From Antedon mediterranea (lineage: Eukaryota > Animalia > Echinodermata), in contig NC_092675.1 in NCBI RefSeq assembly GCF_964355755.1, forward strand, positions 30,910,912 through 30,974,911: a stretch of DNA of 64,000 nt. The letters run 5' to 3'. Shown here one piece after another: positions 19,876 through 34,362 of this stretch. The translations under genes were made by a program, and so were the position numbers. The notes beneath the pieces were generated by a model that had not been told where the DNA came from, ran no database searches, and saw only the letters and a list, made by a program, of their open reading frames with translations. Positions within the stretch are counted from its first letter, which is position 1. Each line of letters starts with the position of its first letter.

Positions 19876-20128
19876 TTGGCGGAGCACAATATCCAACGGA
19901 CACAAGATGAACTCAAAACAAAAACATTACAAACAGTGTCTACATGGTGTGTTGGCGGAGCACAATATCCAACGGACACAACACGTACTCAAAACAAAAA
20001 CATTACAAACAGTGTCTACATGGTGTGTTGGCGGAGCACAATATTTAACAATATTGGTTGGCGGAGCACAATATCCAACGGACACAACACGTACTCAAAA
20101 CAAAAACATTACAAACAGTGTCTACATG
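19876..20128. repeat. 76-bp tandem repeat, about 3.3 copies, downstream of the TLCD4 stop
   Basis: ttggcggagcacaatat at 19876, 19952, 20028, 20059. Confidence 0.9.
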
Positions 20129-20550
20129 ATGTTTCTAATGTTACAATTAATTTGAGTAATGTGATTTTACACATTTGTTATTTTATTCATAATTAATTAT
20201 ATAATAATATTCTATTTATAATATATACTGTATGTCATATTGCACAGGATACATTGTGTTAGTAATCTTACAATTGTTATAATTTTACAGTATTATTAAT
20301 ATTAATATATTGTATTCTTGAAATATATATGGCATCATCCCCTTTTCCAGGTACATAGAGAGAATCACAAAAGGTTAGGGACAAAAGAAAGTATTCACGT
20401 AAAGGAATTGAAAGTGATGAGAGGATGAATTTCACAAAAAAAGAAACTCTGCCTATGTTTTACTTTATAAAATTGTCTAATCCTAATCACTAACTTAACT
20501 CATATTATTTTACGAGTAAATATGCAGGGATTTTATGTGTCAATGCTTGG

Positions 20551-22191
20551 AATAGTGGCACTTGCAAACTATAGTACAAATAGTGGCACTTGCAAACTGT
20601 AGTACAAATAGTGGCACTTGCAAACTGTAGTACAAATAGTGGCACTTGCAAACTGTAGTACAAATAGTGGCACTTGCAAACTGTAGTACAAATAGTGGCA
20701 CTTGCAAACTGTAGTACAAATAGTGGCACTTGCAAACTGTAGTACAAATACTGGCACTTGCAAACTGTAGTACAAATAGTGGCACTTGCAAACTGTTAGT
20801 ACAAATAGTGGCACTTGAAAACTGTTAGTACAAATAGTGGCACTTGAAAACTGTAGTACAAATAGTGGCACTTGCAAACTGTAGTACAAATAGTGGCACT
20901 TGCAAACTGTTAGTACAAATAGTGGCACTTGCAAACTGTTAGTACAAATAGTGGCACTTGCAAACTGTTAGTACAAATAGTGGCACTTGCAAACTGTAGT
21001 ACAAATAGTGGCACTTGCAAACTGTAGTACAAATAGTGGCACTTGCAAACTGTTAGTACAAATAGTGGCACTTGCAAACTGTTAGTACAAATAGTGGCAC
21101 TTGCAAACTGTTAGTACAAATAGTGGCACTTGCAAACTGTAGTACAAATAGTGGCACTTGCAAACTGTAGTACAAATAGTGGCACTTGCAAACTGTAGTA
21201 CAAATAGTGGCACTTGCAAACTGTAGTACAAATAGTGGCACTTGCAAACTGTAGTACAAATAGTGGCACTTGCAAACTGTAGTACAAATAGTGGCACTTG
21301 CAAACTGTTAGTACAAATAGTGGCACTTGCAAACTGTAGTACAAATAGTGGCACTTGCAAACTGTAGTACAAATAGTGGCACTTGCAAACTGTAGTACAA
21401 ATAGTGGCACTTGCAAACTGTAGTACAAATAGTGGCACTTGCAAACTGTAGTACAAATAGTGGCACTTGCAAACTGTAGTACAAATAGTGGCACTTGCAA
21501 ACTGTAGTACAAATAGTGGCACTTGCAAACTGTAGTACAAATAGTGGCACTTGCAAACTGTAGTACAAATAGTGGCACTTGCAAACTGTAGTACAAATAG
21601 TGGCACTTGCAAACTGTAGTACAAATAGTGGCACTTGCAAACTGTTAGTACAAATAGTGGCACTTGCAAACTGTTAGTACAAATAGTGGCACTTGCAAAC
21701 TGTTAGTACAAATAGTGGCACTTGCAAACTGTAGTACAAATAGTGGCACTTGCAAACTGTAGTACAAATAGTGGCACTTGCAAACTGTAGTACAAATAGT
21801 GGCACTTGCAAACTGTAGTACAAATAGTGGCACTTGCAAACTGTAGTACAAATAGTGGCACTTGCAAACTGTTAGTACAAATAGTGGCACTTGCAAACTG
21901 TAGTACAAATAGTGGCACTTGCAAACTGTAGTACAAATAGTGGCACTTGCAAACTGTAGTACAAATAGTGGCACTTGCAAACTGTTAGTACAAATAGTGG
22001 CACTTGCAAACTGTTAGTACAAATAGTGGCACTTGCAAACTGTAGTACAAATAGTGGAACTTGCAAACTGTAGTACAAATAGTGGCACTTGCAAACTGTA
22101 GTACAAATAGTGGCACTTGCAAACTGTTAGTACAAATAGTGGCACTTGCAAACTGTTAGTACAAATAGTGGCACTTGCAAATTGTTAGTAC
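20551..22191. repeat. 29/30-bp minisatellite, about 56 copies
   Basis: Unit aaatagtggcacttgcaaactgt(t)agtac; source of the repetitive ORFs in the track. Confidence 0.97.
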
Positions 22192-23577
22192 AGTCAAATA
22201 CAAACATCAAATAAATAAAGTTAATAACTTGACAGCCAGGATCATTTAAATTAGCCAAATGTGGTCAATTTTGATCATCTTTAAATAAAAACACAAACAA
22301 ATTATACAGTACAGTATTTACAAAGGATATAAAAGGCACAATTCTATCCACCATGCAAGTATATAAGTATTAAAGATTATAATGACACAAATCAATTTAA
22401 CAAACCTGCTGTCGAAATGGTAGGCTATTTATTAGTTAGTGATGTTTAACACATTAGTAAAAAGCAATATTGACAAAGTGTATAACATGTAATTAAAATA
22501 AATCATTTTAATTTAGAAGCATTGTTGAATAAAATATTTTGTAATCTGAATAAACAGTTTATTTCAAAATAGATTTAAAATATAATTTGTATAATATGTA
22601 CCACATTTCTGCTGAATGGAAATACTTAGCATTACCCAACATGCAATGGGCTCTGGCAGTCAATTAAAATGTTGCTTCAGTGTAGTTGACTCAAGGTCAG
22701 CGACTGTCAATCAAATAACTGTTATTTTGTGTTGCAGCTAAGGGTATGCTCAGATCCATGGAGTTATGCTTAACTAACGTTTCGTTTGAAACTAAATTGT
22801 CACCGATTTGGATGAACATCTAGTATGCAGGAGTAAATTTGATTGGTTAGAGGTCAGAGGTCAAAATCGTTCATATCGTAAGCGTCATTCACTAATCTTT
22901 TACCTTGAGCTGTCGTAACAAACAAAAGATCAGTGTCGCAAGAGGTGGCTTCTAATCTTTTCCTGGTTCAGACCTATGAAGTTGTGCGCCGTGTACAATA
23001 TGAAAGCATAACTCTGTAGGTCTGAACAGGCCCTTAATGAAGTATATGGAAATGAATGTTTTAGAACTAAAGGTTTCATTCTGTGTAAAAGACAGAATAA
23101 GTAAATAATTGCAACTCCCTTGCAGTCCATACTGGTAATTATTATTTTATAATCTAAATGAAGTAGATAAAAGTATTGTTTTGACATTTAAAAAATAAGC
23201 ACATCCATACAGTATTTATAATCCAAAATATATAAATTTATTTACATAAAATTTACCTTTCTCAAGTTAAAAACAAATTTAACAAGCAAATAAATATAAT
23301 TTAAGATGTACTCTATTGAATTGTTAAGTCTAAGAAAATCTTAGTAATAATATATCAATCATTAGCTTATTTGTGTACAATGAAAAGTTACAAAAGATAC
23401 ATGTTTGGGTCTACAGACATCTTTTTAAATCATTGCTCCATTTTTTGATAATGTTGTCACTTTTAAATATTCTTTTATCCTTGGACGAAGATTAGAAATT
23501 GTGCTGATATTCAACAATAAACCTAATCTTGGATATTTCAAGAATGGACTGACAGCAGACTGCATGCATTGTGGTCT

Positions 23578-25346
<1,769 letters not shown>

Positions 25347-25740
25347 GATTAAAATTGGCTTTATAAAGTTTGCAATTTATAAACAAACAAGCAATTGCAA
25401 AAGGTAGAGTGAGTCCTCTACGGTACCGCCGTACTCCTCATGCGAGTGTAGAGGGCGCCAGACAACAAAATGTAATACACACTGCTGCTGCGCATTTAAT
25501 TGGATATCAGAGCGTCATTTCAGGTATATAAACTATACCAAACTGGCGAGTAAATCATGTTTTACTTTTTAAACCTCGCAACGTCTGGTTGAAAAGGCTA
25601 CTCGGACCAATAATTTCTATTAGCCTAGAGGTTATTGCGATTTGGACGTTTCTGATTGGCTGTAGCCATGGACTATATTGATTAACACTGCTCTGATTGG
25701 TTGTAGCTTTGAATACATCTTCTCGGAACTCGTCCTTAAT

Positions 25741-26770
25741 ACAATAGCAATTTAGCACAGTGTTTTACTATATAACCAGATAAATAATAGGAAACATTTA
25801 ATAATTTGATAAATGACATTTAAATAGCAATTTAGGTAAATGTCTTTTGAAATGAAATTATATAAATTATAACCAATTTGGTTAGAGTAAAACACAATGA
25901 TAAAGAATAGGAAACATTTAATAATATGATAAATTACATTTACATAGCAATTTAGCACTGTGTTTTACTATAACCAATTTGGTTAGAGTAAAACACAATG
26001 ATAAAGAATAAGAAACATTTAATAACATGATAAATGACATTTACATAGCAATTAGCACTGTGTTTTACTATAACCAATTTGGTTAGAGTAAAGCACAATG
26101 ATAAAGAATAGGAAACATTTAATAACATGATAAATGACATTCACATAGCAATTTAGCACTGTGTTTTACTATAACCAATCAGATTAGAGTAAAACACAAT
26201 GATAAAGAATAGGAAACATTTAATAATATGATATATAACATTTACATAGCAATTTAGCACTGTGTTTTACTATAACCAATTTGATTAGAGTAAAACACAA
26301 CAATAAAGAATAGGAAACATTTAATAACATGATAAATTACATTTACATAGCAATTTATCACTGTGTTTTACTATAACCAATTTGGTTGAGTAAAACACAA
26401 TGATAAAGAATAGGAAACATTTAATAATATGATAAATTACATTTACATAGCAATTTATCACTGTGTTTTACTATAACCAATTTGGTTAGAGTAAAACACA
26501 ATGATAAAGAATAGGAATTTAATAATATGATATATAACATTTATATAGCAATTTAGCACTGTGTTTTACTATAACCAATTTGGTTAGAGTTAAACACAAT
26601 GATAAAGAATAGGAAACATTTAAAAATATGATAAATGACATTTACATAGCAATTTAGCACTGTGTTTTACTATAACCAATTTGATTAGAGTAAAACACAA
26701 TGATAAAGAATATGAAACATTTAATAATATGATAAATTGCTAGCACTGTGTTTTACTATACCAATTTAGT
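25741..26770. repeat. Left-arm array of about 101-bp units, about 10 copies
   Basis: Unit contains the imperfect palindrome cactgtgttttactataaccaatttggttagagtaaaacacaatg. Confidence 0.92.
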
Positions 26771-27164
26771 TTTGGATAAAGAATATGAATTTAAAGAATG
26801 GATATAATATGATATGATACAATATGATTTTCTCCCAATTAGTAAGACATTTTGGAATATTGCGTGCGTAGTGCACCTAACAAGATCATGTTCGCTATTT
26901 AAAACTCACATTTTAAAACCGTAAACGCATAAATTTGCGGACATACTCGTAAAACACACTTCCAGAGATTTAATAATTTTAACAGTACTACAAAATCCAT
27001 AATATAAAGTATAGATTTGTACAAAAAGAGCAGAACAATTAAATTAACGGTCATTACATCTACTGAACTGTCTCATTACATCTACTGAAAAATTCATCGC
27101 GATGAATTTATTTATAATACACCAATCAGATCACACGCAATTAGTATGGAATGCCAGTTTAGGC

Positions 27165-28112
27165 GATGATAAAATCGCGTCGATGATGCAATGAAAATTG
27201 CGTCGATGTGATGAAAATTGCGTCGATGAATATAGTATTGATGTAATGAAAATTTAAGTCGATGTGATGAACATTGCGTCGATGAAAATTGCGTCGATGT
27301 AATGAAAATTGCGTTAATGTGATGAAAATTGCGTCGATGAAAATTGCGTCGATGAAAACTGCATCGATGAAAACTGCATCGATGAAAAAAAAAAAAAATT
27401 TCATCGATGCAGTTTTCATCTGCATCGATGAAAACAAAAAAAAATTTTCATCGATGCAGTTTTCATCGATGAAAATTGCGATCTCCCTGCCGGTATGATT
27501 TGAATATGATGTCATGGATGCTGGACATCTGAATTTTATGTACTGCACTGGTGGATTAACGGAAGCAATTAGCTAGAAGATATAATGTGTTCGAAAGGAC
27601 AATAATGGATCCATTGCTAAAATGTGTTGACAATAAATCACTAAAATGTTAATCAGTGCATATATTTCAACATTGTTTTAGTGCGCGCTCACTGTGCGCT
27701 TGTCTATAACGCGCGCTAGCGCAAGCGGTAAACATGTTTATCATATCAAAATATTCAGAAACCGTCAATTTTTTGCAACATAATAACATTATTAACAATC
27801 ATCATTATTAACATCATCATTTACTTTACTAGTAGTCATTTTCATCATTGATTGAATTAAAACCATTTGGAATTTTCATAATCAATTAAATTCATCACAT
27901 CAATTTTCATCGATGCAGTTTTCATCGACGCAATTTTCATCGATGCAGTTTTCATCGACGCAATTTTCATCGACGCAATTTTCATCGATGCAATTTTCAT
28001 CGACGCAATGTAAATTGCGTCGACGCAATTTACATTGCATCGACGCAATCTACATTGCGTCGATGCAATTTTCATCGACGCAATTTCATCATCGACGCAA
28101 TTTTTATCATCG
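27165..28112. repeat. Two oppositely oriented tracts of a 15-bp repeat (gatgaaaattgcgtc)
   Basis: Forward tract about 27165-27480 with internal inversions; reverse tract about 27890-28112. Confidence 0.85.
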
Positions 28113-28847
28113 CCAAAAACTTGTGTAAAACGGCGTTCCATAATTAGTGACGAATCGCATATTCGCCGTTTATTGTTGAGGCGCGTAAACAGTGTGCGCA
28201 ATGCACGTTTTCTTCCCATGACGAGACGAATCGATATTCGACGCTTCGTGTGACGAATAATCGCCAAATTATAATTAATATAATTAATTAATGAAATAAG
28301 ATACGCAGTTGATGTTTGCATCAATTGTTCTTTAGAATAATACTTTCGAAATACAAAACAAAAAATGTGTGGTGAGTGACGATATGTTCAATCATGGACC
28401 TATAAATTACTAATTTATAGGTCCATGATTCAATATCTGTAGCTTCAATTCAAACATAATGTAACAGAAAATTCGAAGCGTACAAAAACGTTCGTTTACA
28501 CAACACTTTTTTTAATACTTTATTATTGATTATTATATTATACAGGAATACTATTTATTTCCTCATTTCTACCCAAGAATAAACAATTTTTGGATACAAA
28601 ACTTTATGCATGTGAATTACATTACCAAAATATTAAAATGAGGATAAAAAACATCGCGTAAAATACTCGTATTCAAAAGCTTCTGAAATTTGTAGATATA
28701 TGTCATGAAAAAGAAATTTGACATTCCCAATAATTTTTTGGGGCAAAAATGTAATATATGAAACATACAATTTACATAGTTTATCATTGTTTTTTATTAG
28801 AACCAATATGGTTACACAGTTAAACATAGTGATAAAGAATAGATACT

Positions 28848-30062
28848 CAGGGATGTCACCAGCTTTTTGGAGTGCTGGTCGGCAAATTCCGCCCCCCCCC
28901 CCCCCGGGGGGGGGGGTACTATACCCCCGGGGGTTGTCGTTATTTTAGCGAAACATAAAGAATTATGAAAATAAATAACAACAAATTGCATCAGGTCTAG
29001 GCCTAACCTTGTACCACCGGGGAGTCGCCGTTAATATTCGCGAAAACAAAAAAACGCATACGAAATGAATAGCAATAGATCGCGTCAGGCTTAGGCCTAG
29101 CCTTGGTAGACACTACGACCACTACTAGGCCTAGCCAAGGCTTAGATAGATGCCCCAAAATCTGAATTCCACAAAAACAGGCGCTTCCTTATTTAGGCCT
29201 AATCCCTAATCAAATACTGTAGATGAATTATTAACCTAGACCTTAATACTACTTGTTGCTCGATATAATGTTCGTGTTCTTTTGCGCGAGAGTTTTTTAG
29301 CGTATTCGCGAATTCCGGATTTTGTGTTTCACAACTGTGCGGCAAGCATGTAGTGACGTGCATGGCCGGCAAGAACAGACACGTGTTTATGGGTTAACTG
29401 AAGTTCAGCAACCTGAAGTTATCCAGGGACGTGTAATTATTGTACCATGCTCGACGATCATTAACGAACGAACTTGCCCGGTCTCACTGAACCATGCGCA
29501 TGTTTTTTTATTTTTTTTAATAGTTCGTAGAGTACAAAAATGTAAAACTAGTAACATAATATAATTAAAGCAGGGTGACAAAACATTCAGCAATTAAAAA
29601 TTATTTTGTTTGGGTCTATGTAGTTGTACATTTTTAATTACTGCGTACTTGTTTGTATTTTTAATCTGTGCAAAATAAAACGCTTGAATGGTCGCTATGT
29701 GAACTTTAAACTTGTACACTGTGCCTGTGTAGCACGTTGTTCGCCATGACTCACAAGCTGTAACAATGAATACCAGGGCAGGGTAGGCCTGGTATTGTGT
29801 TACTGTTACAAATAAAGTAATGTACGTAACCACGGAAACATTTGCTGTAGTCTTTTGTCTTATCTATATGAGGCTAGCTTGTCTGTTATTAACGATGTGC
29901 TAGGTAAAATGTTTTAGTACGAATTTTAGTTAGGCCTAGGCCTAATATAAATATCGTAATGATTAATAATAATAGTGGTGGTCGGCAGCCTGTAAATCCT
30001 GGTCGGAAATGTTGAGTGCTGGTCGGGGCCGACCAGCGCCGACCAGCGTGGTGACATCCCTG
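28848..30062. mobile_element. hAT-like non-autonomous DNA transposon nested in the foldback element
   Basis: TIR cagggatgtcacca / tggtgacatccctg, gatact duplicated on both flanks, subterminal (c/g)tggtcgg motifs at both ends. Confidence 0.75.
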
Positions 30063-30579
30063 GATACTTGTTAGGTTACTACCCTACCCTCTAGTTTGAA
30101 GCGACATTATAAATTCATCGAGAGAAAAAACGTATCGTATTCAGAAACGTTTGACATTTTGTATAGATATGTTCAATAAGACAAAACAAATTATAAATTT
30201 CAAGACAAATCGATGATTTCCATTATTTGCATTTCTAAAAATTCACACTTATGGATGAAAGACCATACATTTTCAACATATTCGTTTTTTCTGTGTACCG
30301 AGTTTAGAAACTTTTTGAATACCAGACGTATTTTTTTGTGATGCTTTTTCATTTGAATTGTAGTATAAAATGTCATTGAAACGAGATAAAAATCATACAA
30401 GACATGTTATAATAGGTTGCTCTATATACATAACAAAATTAGTTCTTTTTTTTTGGTAAGAATCGCCAATGAAGTAGAAAGTTATTTCAGATGTAGTGTG
30501 CATTTATACGTCATTAATAGTAGGCCTAAAATATAATATTAAATATTATAAAGAATATCAAACATTTTATGTTATGAAA

Positions 30580-31830
30580 AATAAAATTTACATATAAGTT
30601 TATCATTGTGTTTTACTATAACCATTTTGGTTAAAAGTTAAACACAGTGAGTGATAAAGAATAGAACTGTTTTAGTTTATTTAACCCTAACCCTAGTTTG
30701 AAGCGATCACATATTTAATATTCATCGCTAAAAATACGTATCGTCTTGAAAAACGTTTGATATTTGGTAGATATGTTCAATATAGGTTCTTACATCTATA
30801 ATGCAAAAGAAATATCCTAATAGTTTTATTTTGATTTCTGGGAATCATCAATGAAGTAAAAATGTGTTGGAAATGTATTGTCTTTCATAAGTGTAAATGT
30901 TTAGAAATGCAAATTATTAAAATCACGAATTTGTCTTGAAACTTTTATTTTTTGTTTGTTTTATAGACGTAAGAACCTATTGAACATATTTACCAAATTT
31001 CAAATGTTTCTGAATACGATACGTATTTTTTCGCGATGAATTAAGTATGTGATCGCTTCACACTAGGGTTAGAGTTATATAACCTAAAACAGTGTCTATT
31101 CTTTATCACTGTGTTTAACTGTGTAACCAAATTGGTTCTGTAAAACAAGATGATAAACTATGTAACTTGTATTTATTATATTACATTATATGTATCCTAT
31201 AATGTAATATGAAAAATAAAATGTACATAGTTTATCATTGTGTTGTACTAAAACCAATTTGGTTAAAAGTTAAACACAGTGTTAAAGAATGGAACTGTTA
31301 GGTTATTTAACCCTAACCCTAGTTTGAAGCGATCACATACTTAATTCATCGATAAAAATACGTATCGTCTTAAAAAACGTTTGAAATTTGGTACATGTTC
31401 AATATAGGTTCTTACATCTATAATGTAAAAGAAATATCATAATTTGTTTTATTTTGATTTCTGGGAATCATCAATGAAGTAAAAATGTGTTGGAAAATGT
31501 ATGGTATTTCATAAGTGTACATTTTTAGAAATGAAAATTATTAAAATCACGAATTTTTCGTGAAATTTATATTTTTTGTTTGTTTTATAGACGTAAGAAC
31601 CTATTAAACATATCTAACAAATTTCAAAAGTTTCTGAATACGATACGTACTTTTTCCCGATGAATTCATTATGTCGCTTCAAACTAGCGGGTTAGGGTTA
31701 TATAACCTAAAACAGTATCTATTCTTTATCACTGTGTTTAACTGTGTAACCAAATTGGTTCTGTAAAACAAGATGATAACCTATGTAACTTGTATTTATT
31801 ATATTATTACATTATATGTATCCTATTCTT
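30580..31830. repeat. Two tandem 626-bp modules, each an inverted repeat with arms of about 210 bp
   Basis: aaccctaaccctagtttgaagcgatcac at 30683 and 31309, with inverted counterparts near 31050-31075 and 31672-31700. Confidence 0.8.
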
Positions 31831-31869
31831 TATCATAACGTTTAGATAATAAGATATGTTTAATATAAT

Positions 31870-34362
31870 ATTTTGCTATGTAAATAACATCATATAATAA
31901 ATGTTTCATTATCATTGTGTTTTACTGTAACCAAATTGGCTATAGTAAAACACAATACTAAATTTGTATGTAAATGTATCATATTATTATATGTTTCCTA
32001 TTCTTTATTTGTGTTTTACTGTATCCAGCACAGTGCTAAATATCATTTATCATAGTTAAAATGTTTTACTCTAACCAAATTGGTTATAGTAAAACACAGT
32101 GATAAATTACTATGTAAATGTCATTTATCATATTATTAAATGTTTCCTATTCTTTATCATTGTGCTTTACTCTAATCAAATTGGTTATATTAAAACACAG
32201 TGCTAAATTTCTATGTGAATGTCATTTATCATGTTATTAAATGTTCCTATTCTATATCATTGTGTTTTACTCTAATCAAATTGGTTATAGTAAAACATTG
32301 TGCTAAATTGCTAGCTATGTAAATAATCATTATTATTAAATGTTTCCTATTCTTTATCATTGTGTTTTACCATAACCAAATTGGTTATAGTAAAACACAG
32401 TGATAAATTGCTATGTAAATAATCATTATTATTAAATGTTTCCTATTCTATATCATTGTGCTTTACCATAACCAAATTGGTTATAGTAAAACACAGTGCT
32501 AAATTGCTATGTAAGTCATTTATCATATTATTAAATGTTCCTATTCTATATCATTGTGTTTTACTCTAATCAAATTGGTTATAGTAAAACATTGTGCTAA
32601 ATTGCTAGCTATGTAAATAATTATTATTATTAAATGTTTCCTATTCTTTATCATTGTGTTTTACCATAACCAAATTGGTTATAGTAAAACACAGTGATAA
32701 ATTGCTATGTAAATAATCATTATTATTAAATGTTTCCTATTCTATATCATTGTGCTTTACCATAACCAAATTGGTTATAGTAAAACACAGTGCTAAATTG
32801 CTATGTAAGTCATTTATCATATTATTAAATGTTTCCTATTCTATATCATTGTGCTCTACCATAACCAAATTGTGAATGTCATTTATCAAATTATTAAATG
32901 TTTCCTATTCTTTATCATTATGTTTTACTTTAACCAAATTGGTTATAGTAAAACACAGTGATAAATTGCTATGTAAATGTCATTTATCATATTATTAAAT
33001 GTTTCCTATTCTTTATCATTGTGTTTTACTTTTAACCAAATTGGTTATAGTAAAACACAGTGCTAAATTGCTATGTAAATGTCATTTATCATTATTATTA
33101 AATGTTTCCTATTCTTTATCATTGTGTTTTACTTTAACCAAATTGGTTATAGTAAAACACAGTGCTAAATTGCTATGTAAATGTCATTTATCAAATTATT
33201 AAATGTTTCCTATTCTATATCATTGTGTTTTACTCTAACCAAATTGGTTATAGTAAAACACAGTGCTAAATTGCTATGTGAATGTCATATATCATATTAT
33301 TAAATGTTTCCTATTCTTTATCATTCTGCTTTACTTTAACCAAATTGGTTATAGTAAAACACAGTGCTAAATTGCTATGTAAATGTCATATATCATTTTA
33401 TTAAATTTTTCCTATTCTTTATCATTATGTTTTACTTTAACCAAATTGGTTATAGTAAAACACAGTGCTAAATTGCTATGTAAATGTCATTTATCATATT
33501 ATTAAATGTTTCCTATTCTTTATCATTATGTTTTACTTTAACCAAATTGTTTATAGTAAAACACAGTGCTAAATTGCTATGTAAATAATCATTATTATTA
33601 AATGTTTCCTATTCTTTATCATTGTGTTTTACTCTAACCAAATTGGTTATAGTAAAACACAGTGCTAAATTGCTATGTAAATGTCATATATCATTTTATT
33701 ATTAAATTCCTATTCTTTATTATTCTGCTTTACTTTAACCAAATTGGTTATAGTAAAACACAGTGCTAAATTGCTATGTAAATGTCATTTATCATATTAT
33801 TAAATGTTTCCTATTCTTTATCATTGTGTTTTACTCTAACCAAATTGGTTATAGTAAAACACAGTGCTAAATTGCTATGTGAATGTCATATATCATATTA
33901 AATGTTTCCTATTCTTTATCATTGTGTTTTACTCTAACCAAATTGGTTATAGTAAAACACAGTGCTAAATTGCTATGTAAATGTCATATATCATATTATT
34001 AAATTCCTATTCTTTATCATTCTGCTTTACTTTAACCAAATTGTTTATAGTAAAACACAGTGCTAAATTGCTATGTAAATGTCATTTATCATATTATTAA
34101 ATGTTTCCTATTCTATATCATTGTGTTTTACTCTAACCAAATTGGTTATAGTAAAACACAGTGATAAATTGCTATGTAATGACATTTATCATATTATTAA
34201 ACGTTTCCAATTCTTTATCATTGTGTTTTACTCTAACCAAATTGGTTATAGTAAAACACAGTGATAAATTGCTATGTAAATGTCATTTATCATATTATTA
34301 AATGTTTCCTATTCTTTATCATTGTGTTTTACTCTAACCAAATTGGTTATTGTAAAACACAG
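31870..34362. repeat. Right-arm array of about 101-bp units, about 24 copies, inverted relative to the left arm
   Basis: Unit is the reverse complement of the left-arm unit. Confidence 0.92.

Noticed and set aside
20505-22078. Repetitive Cys-containing ORFs (YYSLQVPLFVLQFASATICTTVCKCH)
   Set aside because: Translations of the 29/30-bp satellite in all frames; no splice or domain support.
22962-23030. SECIS, RNase P, telomerase RNA or miR-10/100 family member
   Set aside because: No tandem GA quartet on the 3' side, P4-like motifs in the wrong order, no template region; the miR-10/100 resemblance is on the 3' arm with a mismatched seed.
30683-31700. Interstitial telomere
   Set aside because: Only about two TTAGGG-like units per module; part of the repeat, not a telomeric tract.
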